Source: Lingula anatina (Eukaryota > Animalia > Brachiopoda). Taken from it: a stretch of 64,000 nt of DNA. The position numbers and the translations under genes were made by a program. The DNA is taken from positions 14,504,587-14,568,586 of the forward strand of contig CM120648.1 in the NCBI GenBank assembly GCA_051362555.1, read 5' to 3'. The notes below the pieces were generated by a model that was not told the DNA's origin, searched no databases, and saw nothing but the letters and a program-made list of their open reading frames with translations. Shown here one piece after another: positions 53,080-64,000 of the stretch (positions are counted from its first letter, which is position 1; each line of letters opens with the position of its first letter).

Positions 53080-55817
53080 AAATGAAAAAAATTACAGTAC
53101 AGTATTTATAAAAGAACAGATTAATTATACGGTCACAAGAAAGTTCTTTTTTTGTTTCCTTGCTTTAATGACATCATAACAAAGTTAACTTTAAAAGAGT
53201 TTTGGAGAAAAACTTAGTCAAACAGCTGGTAAAACTGTTCATGAAAGCAGTAATTATGTGATAGTAGTTAGGAGCTAGTGGTTGTAGAGTTACTGTCAAC
53301 ATCTTTTTACAGCTAATACATTTTAACTGAATTATATTTTAATATTTTCATCACATCTATTATTAGCTCTGTGGCATCCAGTTTGAACACTTCAGAATAT
53401 CATTTTCTTAAAATACTTTTATTTTACTGGTACAATAAAATATTGATTATATGTTATTAAATGGGTTTTGTCTTTCTTTCTTTTCTAAATAAAAGAGAAA
53501 ATTTTGCTAAAAAGGTGATTTTAAAATTAATAAGTAGCCAGCAATGTTGAAGGGTGGGATGCTGAAGGGGGGTTGTCGTTATCCAAAAAAGTGGATTTTC
53601 TTTACTTGTTTAGTTGATCCAAGTTAGGATACGTCACAGTAATGGTACCATGATAGGTTTTGGACCCTTTCTAGCAAAAAGGGCAATTTTTTCAAACCCA
53701 CATCCTTAAATATGGGCCTAAACAAATAATTTGGCCTGTATAACATAAATGAATTTTGATTATAGTTGAAAAACTTTGACTTTCATCCAAACTTTTTTTC
53801 ATTTATTACTATATCCATTTGTGACTTTCAAATAATCTTTTTATTTTTATGAACTGTCCCTTAAAGTAGAAAATTACCTTCCTCCAATTTTAAATCTTTA
53901 CATCACTCAACTAAAATAGAAATGTCCAAATTATGTCACTCTGCTTTCACTGAAACAAAAACAAACCGAACACTTGGTTATTGTCATGACAGGAAGTTTT
54001 ATTACAATAAGTGTGCTAGATGTTAACAGCACTGAAGACAGAGCCCTGACAGAAATGTCTATACATTATTATGAACTCCTTTAATGCACTCATGAAACAT
54101 ACACATACAAACACTAGCTATAATACATACTTTTACTTGAAAAGATAATGCTGCAGTAAATTAGGGACCACAGTTGTAGATGTCTAAGTTTAAACATAAT
54201 GAACAATTTGGAGAAGAATAAATACACATCAGGTATACAATGTAAAATGGCTAGTACAAGTGTAATCTTTCAAAAATGTAACTAAATCAAAGTCATGCTT
54301 GCTTTATACATAAAAGAAAATAACTTTATAAAAGAAGATTCAAAGAGAAAAAAATATTCAGAAAAATGGCTTAACTAATAAATGCACATATCAATTCCAT
54401 TTTCAACTGTAATAATTTTGAACACAAATCTGTCACTCAAAAGGCTACACCTCACACTAACTGTTATCAGTAACAGGTAAACAATTCAGAGAAAACCATC
54501 AGAGAATAAAATATGGGGAAAATTACTAAGGACACCCAGGAGTCCCTCCTTTCACAAGGCAGATATTTAAGATTGTATAACCTTTGACACAAAGCCCAAT
54601 ACACAAATTGTGCAACAGTTAAGTACAGAGATATTATTCCCAAAGTCTGATATGATAAACACAGAAATTTTAAAAAATATCGCTGGAATTGGGGCAGTAT
54701 TGTTTCATATGAAATTTACTAACAGCAGAGTAATAGACTGTAGAGACAGGCATACCTGGAAGAAAAGATGTCCCACACAAGCCCATCATTATATACCTTA
54801 CTAGTCATATCATTTATTGTGTTGCAAGGAACCAGTCTGAAAAAGAAATGATAATACCGACATAATAAATGAAATTTATTTTCAGATAATCTGCCAGCTG
54901 GAGGTGTTTGGTATAGGGACTGTCCTATGTAATCAAATGAGTTTTTTTTTTTTTTTTTTTTTTTCTTAATTGAGGGTATCATATGGAGGAGTGATCACTG
55001 TTGATGGAAAACAAAATCATTAATTTACAAATCACAGTTAAAAAAACAGACAATGACTGTACATTTTAAGATAACTTGTAACGTTTACAAATAATGACCC
55101 CATTTTAATTAACTTTTATACATGTAATATTGAAAGCATTTTAATGCATTTTAATTAGCGTCTGGTGGCTACAGTGAAAGAACAGAAAAACTTCACAATG
55201 TTTTTAGCGCCACCAGTAAAATAATTGAGAGAGATCTCTCTCAATGATATCTTGCAAGGCAGAATGTAGAAAACAAGGAAACAAATTATGGGGATCCCAC
55301 CTATCCAGCAAGTTCTCTTTTTAAATTCTTACCCAGCAATAGTAGACTGCTGACTTTTGAGGACAGTAAACAGTTTTAAGTAGTTTTTTTTTCTTTTTTG
55401 TCTCTCTGCAGTATCAAATATTAATTCCACTTTTAGGCCTAATTCATAAATATTTTAATGTCCAGTGCTTTATTTTAGTTTTATATATCATGAGTCAATA
55501 AGACACCTAAAACTTTCATGGAAAATAAACTGAAAATAAATCTGGAGATTTATTTTCAGAGTCCTTACGTAGGAAACATCGCGCTAGAGAACGGTATTAA
55601 TTAAGGCATTTTTGTTAGAGGCATTTGTTTATTCTGCTTATTAAAATGAGAAGGGAAAATCAATATCTTTCATCGCATTTACTGGAAATAAAGCTGAAAG
55701 ATATCTATCCCCTTCCCTACACAACATTTAACATGTAAGTAAATGCACATTTCCTTAGATAGACTTTTAAAACTCCATTCTGTGAATATGATATAACTAA
55801 TATGCCGTTTCACTAAA

Positions 55818-55860
55818 GCCCCCTTTACACTGGACGGCGACCTTTCTGCGTCCCGCAGTA
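55818..55860 (+). mobile_element. Harbinger-like element end (second copy from ~63885), here followed by a ggggc(a/t)agttg-repeat element
   Basis: taa|agccccctttacactggacggcg...ctttctgcgtcc.gcagta occurs at both loci with unrelated upstream flanks. Related ggggcaagttg repeats and their inverses at 61790-62240. Confidence 0.45.
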
Positions 55861-56534
55861 GGGGAAACTGGGGCTAGTTGGACCCCGGGGTAAGTTGCCC
55901 CCCCCCTCCCCCCCCCCCCGTCAATTTATGAAAAAGCATAACCACGAGGTAAAAATATTGGCCACTTACTCTTGTAAAGTGACCGTAGCCTGCAATGCTT
56001 AGAAAGTGTCGGACGTTAAAAAGTTTTACTTAAGCGGTGAGTCGAAATAAACGATTTTTGCACCAGAAGTAATTTTGTTTAAGAGATTTTAAAATCTATT
56101 TTCACAGAGATGGTCCTCGAAAACAGGTAAGAGAATTTAAATTCATTACTTTGCGTAATATGAAGCTTGATGAAATTATTGATCAAATAGGCCCATGATC
56201 ATTATATAAAGCATGTTACTAGATATAGGTAAAAATTTACAAAGAATTAGCTTCATAGACACAGATAGCTTCTCGATCCTGGACAACATCTCGACGTGAA
56301 TTCCAAGGGAAAAAAAGCATCGCCTGATGGGGCCTCAAGTACGGTTACCACTGTTACATAGTACTCTCTTTTTATATAAATGAAATTCATGATATGTGGA
56401 CACTTTTGCAAGAAGTGAATTCTGTACAAAAAGTTCCGAGTAAAAAAAATTATTATGAGAGTCAGACTTAGAAAAAATTATAAGAAAAAAAAATTATCAT
56501 ATCAGCGCCCTCTATCATTTATCGCTGTCTTCAC

Positions 56535-57612
56535 GGGGTCCGCCATATAGATAAACGTCCCAATAAAATATTCGTCCCGATAGATACGTCTCTATACATA
56601 CACGTCTCAATAGATTTACGTCTCGTTAAATTTACGTTCCGATAGATCCACCAACAGATTCCTATAAAACCACGTATCTTTAGATCCAGGTACCGCTAGA
56701 TCCATCTATCTGACATCGTAATTGGCTAAAAGGCCCATATCAACTTGTGGTACAGGTATGAGGCTTTCGAGTGATAGTCTGGCTGCAAATACTGACCCAC
56801 TTAGTGATCTGACTTAATCACAACCTGATATTTATTATTTATTCATTTATTAATGTATTTATATATTTATTAGGTGTTCAAACAAGACATACATGTACGT
56901 TAGCGTCTACACTCTAAAGTTCGGGAACGCGTCGTAAACATGAAACAGAACACATTTTAAGTGTGCAAATATAACATTTTGAGAACGCATTAAACAGTGT
57001 TCTGGCACCTGAACACTAAGCATTGTGAAATATAGAACACATTTTTGTTCTTTTATTTATTTATTTTTTTTTTTTGTTTTGTTTTGTTTAGAACACATTT
57101 ACATGTAAATTCAGAACACTTTTTACGTGTTCGAATGTTACATTTTAAGAACGCTTTAAACAGTGTTCTGACGCTAGAACAGTAAGCGTTGTGAAATATA
57201 GAACACATTTTTGTTCTTTTTATGTTCTTTCACAGAGTATTGTGTGAAAACGATCTAGTAGAATAATATATTGCTGGAAGGATTAATATGTGTACTGTCG
57301 CTTTAAAGAAGTGCATTTTATGTACTGAGTAGTATACCAACTATTTTGAGCAATAGTGTACCTGTAATGGATCTATCGGTATTTGGATCTAAAAATACGT
57401 GGATCTATAGGTGTGCGGATTTAAAGGACGTGGGTTTATGAGGACGTTGTATCTGTAGGGACGCAAATATATAGGACAGCAGTAAAAAATCGGATCTATC
57501 GGTATTTAAATCTAAAAAGACGTTTTTTTCCGTTTTTCCTTTATGTATCTATCGGTAACGGGAGTATAGGGACGTGTAATATTTTGGGACCAAATTTTAT
57601 CCGTACGTACCC
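56535..57612. mobile_element. 1078 bp foldback-type DNA transposon, GGG...CCC termini, 8 bp TSD gtcttcac (Merlin- or MULE-like)
   Basis: TSD at 56527-56534 and 57613-57620; empty site at 25477-25484. Short subterminal repeats (gatagatacgtc-like) are inverted between the arms. Related fragment at 22560-22645. Confidence 0.85.
56910..57237. mobile_element. Possible nested CACTA/EnSpm-like non-autonomous element with an internal duplication
   Basis: ta|cactctaaag ... ctttcacagag|ta form imperfect TIRs. Two agaacacattt-rich units about 170 bp apart. Confidence 0.35.
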
Positions 57613-58753
57613 GTCTTCACTAGCACATTGTGATTGAATTCATGGACAACGTCACAATCATGTTGAGAATGTTTCTGAGGTCAAATACTGTAGCATTATC
57701 ACTGTTGTAACTCAACTTCCTCTATTCTCCCGGACCATTACAAACCTGTCAACATTGACAACATACGTCCCCCACCCCGACACACACACACACACACAAA
57801 CACACACACCTACTTTTTATGCTTGGGAAGGTAACGCCTCGGTTAGAAATGTGTTGTTACATGTAGCAGTTTGCTACAATAAAATACTTTGACTGTACAA
57901 AATGATATAGAAAAAAACGACAATTAAGAAATTTATTATATTTCAATTCAAGTCTTTCTATATTTCAAGAAATCCATCAGCTGTTTTACAACTTTATCAT
58001 ACTAACAGCCTGTTTTAATCAATAATTAAAACAAGTCAATTTTTGCGCTCCGATATTTCAGTCTCCGTTGTGTGGCTTTCGTCGGGGATTCAGCTTTTTT
58101 CATACCACAGGTAGAGGTGACACTCACGTCGTTAGCCTAACTTTCAATGTTACTGGAACATTTTTGAAATATTGTTGAGATTTCTTTGTGAAGTCCCAAA
58201 TATCCCACTTCGCAAAAAATTCATTTTTAATTAAAAAATGAAATAATCATTCTGTCCTTCAAAACTGCACTACTTTTTTTAGCCCATTGTCTATGGGGAC
58301 AGTTCGGCAAAGCACAAAATCGCATTCACTGGCACTTCTGTTTTATGTTTCCTGATCTATATTCTGGTTAGTCGGGCAAATAGGCCCTAGTGCATAAATG
58401 AAAATGTGCAATTTTCTAGCAAGTCGGCAAACATACTTGATGTGAAAATTAATCCCTGACAGTTTGTGTAGTTTAAAAATAGCGAACTTTGACTCCACGT
58501 ACATCCTATCGGCACTTTTGGTTCCATTTGTAACCTTTTTTAGTTTTAGTTCCTTTCGTAGCGCTGACGCTTTGCTAGTTAAATTTAAATATCATATTGT
58601 CATTTTCAATGGATTATTAGGTAATTTCTTTTTAAACATTTCATCCCCCCTCTCCGTCTCGCGTTAAGTCTTCACTAACGCAATTGGCTGATATTTGTGG
58701 AGTCCGTCACAATCATGGTTGAGACAGCATCAAAATCAACACACCGCAGCCTC

Positions 58754-58898
58754 TGGCTACCCTCTACCAGGGTCATAGATTGAATTTTCAGTAGATATTC
58801 AAAGATACGCCTCTGGTTAAATAGATGACTAATTTCTGTACTGTAAAAGCAGAAAATGTCCACAGCATAATGACTTCGGCCCTGGTAGAGGGCAGTCA
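58754..58898. mobile_element. Short inverted-repeat element (taccctctaccaggg...ccctggtagaggg); relatives at ~27808-27963, ~60753-60908 and 15581-15687
   Basis: 19 bp inverted repeat with 2 mismatches; no clear TSD. Confidence 0.55.
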
Positions 58899-59813
58899 TT
58901 GGATCATTTCCCAACTGAGATTGCTCATTTGAAAATGTCTTCACAGTGACAGAAAACATTTTGGGTTAGCAAAAAAGATAAAAAGATTAAAAACGCGTGC
59001 GAGAGAGGGGGGAGACATTAATAAAATCGAAAACCAGATTAATTCAAATACAAGTAGAAACATTTAGATGGACAATATTAAATTACACACAAGTATCTAG
59101 AACTAAATTCGGAAGTCGCCATTGGAGAGATTATCATTATGAGCGTTCTGCTAAAGCCAAGGCTACATTTTTCACAGACGCCTTACCATGAAATAGAAAT
59201 TAATTTTCCGTATTTTTGTACTGTAAGTGTCTTTGGACGTTCTACACATTTCTGCCACATGACTTTAAAGTTAAAGTAACGGACGCCACACAAGTAGGGG
59301 CATATGGACAATACATGGACAACGTACGGACATCTTATACGACAAATGAAACCTAGGACTGGATATTTAGTAAATTTTAACTATATTTGTCCGGGAATTA
59401 TGTGTGCATTTTCTAAATGTTTGCGGGCGCACCTGAGAGAAATTTCAGTCTCATATATTTGTATTTTTATCAAAAACTGTTTGTGCGCGCGCGCGTCTTT
59501 GTGTGTGTGTGTGTGTGTGTGCGGGGGGGGGGGTTCTGTCCTTTATAAGGGTAACGAAACGAGATCTGCACATTGCTCAATCGATTGGTTTCCTAGATTT
59601 AATTGTATTGTCATCACAGCCACGTGCAGTGAGTATTACTTATATACAACCTATGCCAGTAATATATTACCTTCTATACTACTGCTCTTATACTACTACT
59701 CTCACCACTACTACTTCATCTTGTAGGCCTACTACTACATGCACTGCTACTACTACTTACACTGCCTCAGGTATGCTGAGGTGAGTTTCCAGAAGTCTCT
59801 TAGATGCTGTTGG

Positions 59814-60439
59814 CAGGTCTACCCAACTACCAGACTCGGCACCTACGGATCCAGAATAAACCGGTATATCAGACCACACTACCCGTTTTCAAGGTGTGTT
59901 TCAGATCGCATTACAGAGTATCATACCCCATCACAAATTTTGTAAGTCTACCAGTCATCCGGGTATCGCGCCTCGTTTTCGTCAAGTAGGAGTCGTATGA
60001 ATACAACAACATGGCGACAGACGACTCCCTGAATCTTGTCCATCCCGCTAGCCATGAAAATATTTAACCCCCGACAGAATATGCTTCCGCTATCAAAATT
60101 ACGTCTTCTTTTCTAAATTAATATATAAGTTTGCAAGTTCTTATTTACAAAACATCACTAGCCATGTTCGAACCTAAATTTTATGTTAAAAAATTGCGGT
60201 ATTGTTAGAATTTTACCATAAACAGGGAAATTGCAGCAGCGCATGAATCTAGATGAGATGCACTACTTTCCAACCCCGCTTAGGATCATCGCTATCACAT
60301 GGCGCACCAGGCAAAATCGGTGTGGTGGCTGATACTCTGTAATGCGATCTGACACACACCTTGAAAACAGGTAGTGTGGACTGATATACCGGTTTATTCT
60401 GGATCTGTAGGTGCCGAGTCTGGTAGTTGGGTAGGCCTG
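59814..60439. mobile_element. 626 bp MITE with ~110 bp TIRs, CAGG...CCTG ends and a 5 bp TSD (gttgg)
   Basis: gttgg|caggtctacccaactaccagactcggcacc ... ggtgccgagtctggtagttgggtaggcctg|gttgg. Empty site at ~27497-27501. Confidence 0.93.
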
Positions 60440-62738
60440 GTTGGGGACAACCTGGAAATATTTGTTCCTCGTGAGTTAGTGCAACTGTTGTTACGAACAG
60501 ATATTTTTGTGTCTCCCTTCCTCTCTCCTACATCCATCCTCGTTATAATCCCTCACCCCCCCCCTCCACCACATTCCCCTTCAAACACTCTAATCATTTC
60601 AATACGCGTACATGCTATCTCCCTCCCCTCCCCGTCTCACGTTATGTCTTCACTAACACAATGGGGTGATATTTATGGAATCCGTCACAATCATGGTTGA
60701 GACAGCATCAGAATCAGCTGGAGTCTCGCTTGTATTGTTGAAAGGACAGTAGTAACTCCTACCAGGGCCACACAGAGAATTTTTCATTAAAATGTCACAG
60801 ATATTTTTCTGGCTAATTCTGCACCAGTTTTTGTGTTGTATAGCGAGAAACTTTGAAATAAAAATAATAAAACACCCCCATCCCCCAGCCGACCCCTGGT
60901 GGAGAGTAGAAGGACTGCCTATTGGTCATATTGGCTGCTCTCCTCACCTTCGGCTCCGTGGCAGAATATAGCATAATTTATTTGTATGATATGATTTATT
61001 AGTGTATTAATTTTTTAAAAGCAATATGTGATAAATGTATGTGAGTTGCACTTTTTGTCTGTGGCAGTTCCCAAAGATTGTTAACTGAGATAACAGGTTA
61101 GAGCTATCGTTTGAGTCTGAATTGAGGTCGTCTTCCGAAGAGCGGTACCTTTTACTGGACCGGTCCATTTTAAGAGACTTGACTTGACTTGGCATGTACG
61201 TAAGAGTGTTACCTAAATGGACTCCCCTCCCTCCTCTCTCGACACGGTTGGGTGATAAATTGGCAGCTTTAAAGCGGGGAGCAGTTCAGAAGAACTTGCG
61301 ATAGGTAGTAAAAGCCTCTGCAGAGAATTTACGTCTTATAAGACCTCGCAAAGTGAAGACATCCAGTTTTTACTTTAAAATGCACCTCCCAGTGCGAACA
61401 AGGTTATGTCTGACGTTACGAGGTTTACGAATACGAATGTATTGATATTTTAAAGGTGTATCAACTGCAAAAGCGTGTCAACACCTCATCAGAATTTAGT
61501 GCAGTGATATATGTCAAGTGCGTGCAGGTTGTTTTCACCTCCTGACTGGGGTAATGGAGTATGGGGTGGTCCACGAAGCATAATGTTTACATGGGGAGAT
61601 TTTAGTCTTGCAGTACTACCAGAGCGGATGAATGTTAGTGCTAGGTATCGTATTGTTGGTGCTAAATAAGTGTGTGGTGTGTTGGTTAATTCGTGGATTT
61701 TGTGGTTTCAAGTTTCACAGAGGTGTATCATCGTTGCTCATTCTAGCACCATAAACGGCTGCCATCCTTTAAAATACGAAAAATGTGCACCCGGGGCTAG
61801 TTGGCCCCCTTGACTTGGGGCAAGTTGGACCCACATATTACATACAAACCTTGGCGTGCAACAGAGCTAGAGACCATTGTTGAAACAAACTCAATGATTT
61901 AAAACTGAATTTCAAATTTTGTTACTTTCTTTTAAAACGAAAATTTATTATTCGTTTTCATTCATTAAAAACCTGCTTTATACCATGATTAATTTGTACT
62001 TAATTAAAGCAAAAATTTTATCGATAGATATTTTGTTTCTTGCAACACATAGCCCCCCCCCCCCCCAGAACGTGACGTACGGAAACCTCAATAAATCTGT
62101 CTCATTTGAACTATTTATTCATCAAAGACTCAAAAATCAATTTAATAAATTACAAATGTATAAAAATGTATTTCACTGGGATACGTACTTTATTTTCGTA
62201 TAGGGGGCCAACTTGCCCCAACCCTGGGGCCAACTTGCCCCGTGGCAAACCTGCCACTGCTTAGACTGCAGTGTTTTTCCTGTGCTGCGGTCTCGGACTC
62301 ATTGTGACGGCTAGCACAAAATTCATGCGTTGTACATGGCAGGAAAGGTCTCAAAAAGTGTTAACTTTCGACCATTTTGCGCTTCCACAAAAAAAAAAAA
62401 AAAAAAAGAACCGTCCTGTGTTGACGTGAAAAAAGTGGGCAGGGGGCTTTTAAAGCACCATTCTTTTTATATCCCGCGCTCCGACTGCCTTGGGCAGCCG
62501 TAGGGGTGTGAGGAGGGGGCCTTCCCCCAATATATTTTGAAATATCCCATTGATGTTGTGATTTTGTCATGTAAACCAAATATTGGTCTTCAAAATGGAA
62601 GATAGACTACCCAGTATGAATAAAATTAACAAATCTAGGCGGGACTAGTCTCTTTTGTAGACAGCGTATGGAGTATTGCTATCAACAAAAATTGCCCCGT
62701 TCATAAGACGCGTTACTGTCTACCATTAAAAGACAGTT

Positions 62739-62906
62739 CAGGGGCGGATTTAGGCCGTCTTCTGGGTCTTCTGGAAGACGGTCAGATTTTCAAGTTTACA
62801 TTGTCAGCCATCTAATGTTTTCTGTCGGAAGACGGTCAAAAATGGAAGATGGATCAACAATGATAATTTGGAAGACTGTCAGAAAATATCTCTGGATCCG
62901 CCCCTG
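62739..62906. mobile_element. MITE with caggggcggat TIRs and a 5 bp TSD (cagtt)
   Basis: cagtt|caggggcggat ... atccgcccctg|cagtt. Same family as 33793-33959, opposite orientation. Confidence 0.9.
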
Positions 62907-64000
62907 CAGTTCAATAGAAAATGGAACGACTTTTTATATCAACCCTGTATCAATTTCTGATTCCCCAACGAGTAAATTCTGAACCATTCTTACGTATATA
63001 GAGCTTAAAATAGATTAAAATAAATGAAGAGAGCGAGAGAGGTTGAACAATAAGAATGGAACTATACGGCATTTCGGTACTAAGTTTACTTGTGAATGAC
63101 CCTTAAATCGGGGCTTAAGTAAGCTCAGTATCTGTGGGTATTTTTAAGGGCAAATTTGGGACAAAGGAAGCCAAGATATGAAGTTGCCTCGTACACAATT
63201 TTTTGAGTGCACTTCTTTTGTTTACGTACTAAAAGAGAGGAATGTCAAGACTCGCCTACCGCCCCCGGTTCTCCCCTTTGACTTATCTGCTGACAAACCG
63301 ACTTTTCTCGACCTGAGCTTAAAACTACGGAAGATTTTTACCTAAATTGGGTTATAGAAACAAGTTAAAGATGTTTCCACTGTGATAGATTAGATGAAAA
63401 AAATTACCGAGAGAAAAACGCTTCATTTTTAGCGGTATGAAACATTAATACTGCACGTAGAATATTAACTGCAAAAAGCATGCCAGGAAATCTATTACAT
63501 TATAATGTGCGCCTTCGAACAAAAAATTCATAGAATGTGCTAAATGAGGCAAAGCAAAGATGCTATTGTTAATGCTGACTTAATTTTGTTTTTACTTAAA
63601 AATGGAATAAAATAAATGAAATAAAAAAGTATCTTTTCAAGTAAATATTCAATCAAATATTAATTCTTATACGGCGTAGCAACCATTTTATATACTGTAT
63701 AATGAAAAGATAATATTTTACCTATCCGATGAAATACAGTATAAAATATTGAACGAACAACTTCAATAAATAAACCAAGAATTTCAAGTCTTTGATTAAA
63801 CCAGCCCGACTTATTCCACTATTAGTTTAATTTTCACACGCTATAGAAATCTGGAGTTTTTTTATACTTATGAAGTACTATTTAAAGCCCCCTTAACACT
63901 GGACGGCGTCCTTTCTGCGTCCAGCAGTACGGCCCCATTTGACAGTTTAAAAATTATAATACTTTACGTGCCGACAGCTGGCCGATCATTGAGCATTCAT

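Overview
AT-rich, repeat-dominated eukaryotic DNA that looks like a marine invertebrate (mollusc- or echinoderm-like repeats; taxon is an inference). There are no prokaryotic genes, rRNA or CRISPR, and most ORFs in the supplied track are artefacts of repeats. Contents: (1) a 193-195 bp satellite (1-12150) with a 1535 bp higher-order repeat and nine copies of a ~370 bp exon-like cassette; (2) two families of non-autonomous Helentron/HINE (DINE-1-like) elements with subterminal inverted repeats, 3' hairpins and central tandem arrays, both showing sequence beyond or duplication of the 3' end; (3) an old collinear segmental duplication (~19.9-28.4 kb versus ~47.4-61.2 kb) that reveals filled and empty sites and TSDs of several MITEs, and carries a spliced minus-strand gene that is open in one copy and broken in the other; (4) two decayed CR1/L2-type LINE RT fragments inside a 28/29 bp hairpin minisatellite with a 172 bp higher-order repeat; (5) a candidate four-exon plus-strand gene of ~88 aa at 49.2-53.1 kb. 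Gene models rest on splice signals and frame continuity read by eye and have no homology or expression support.
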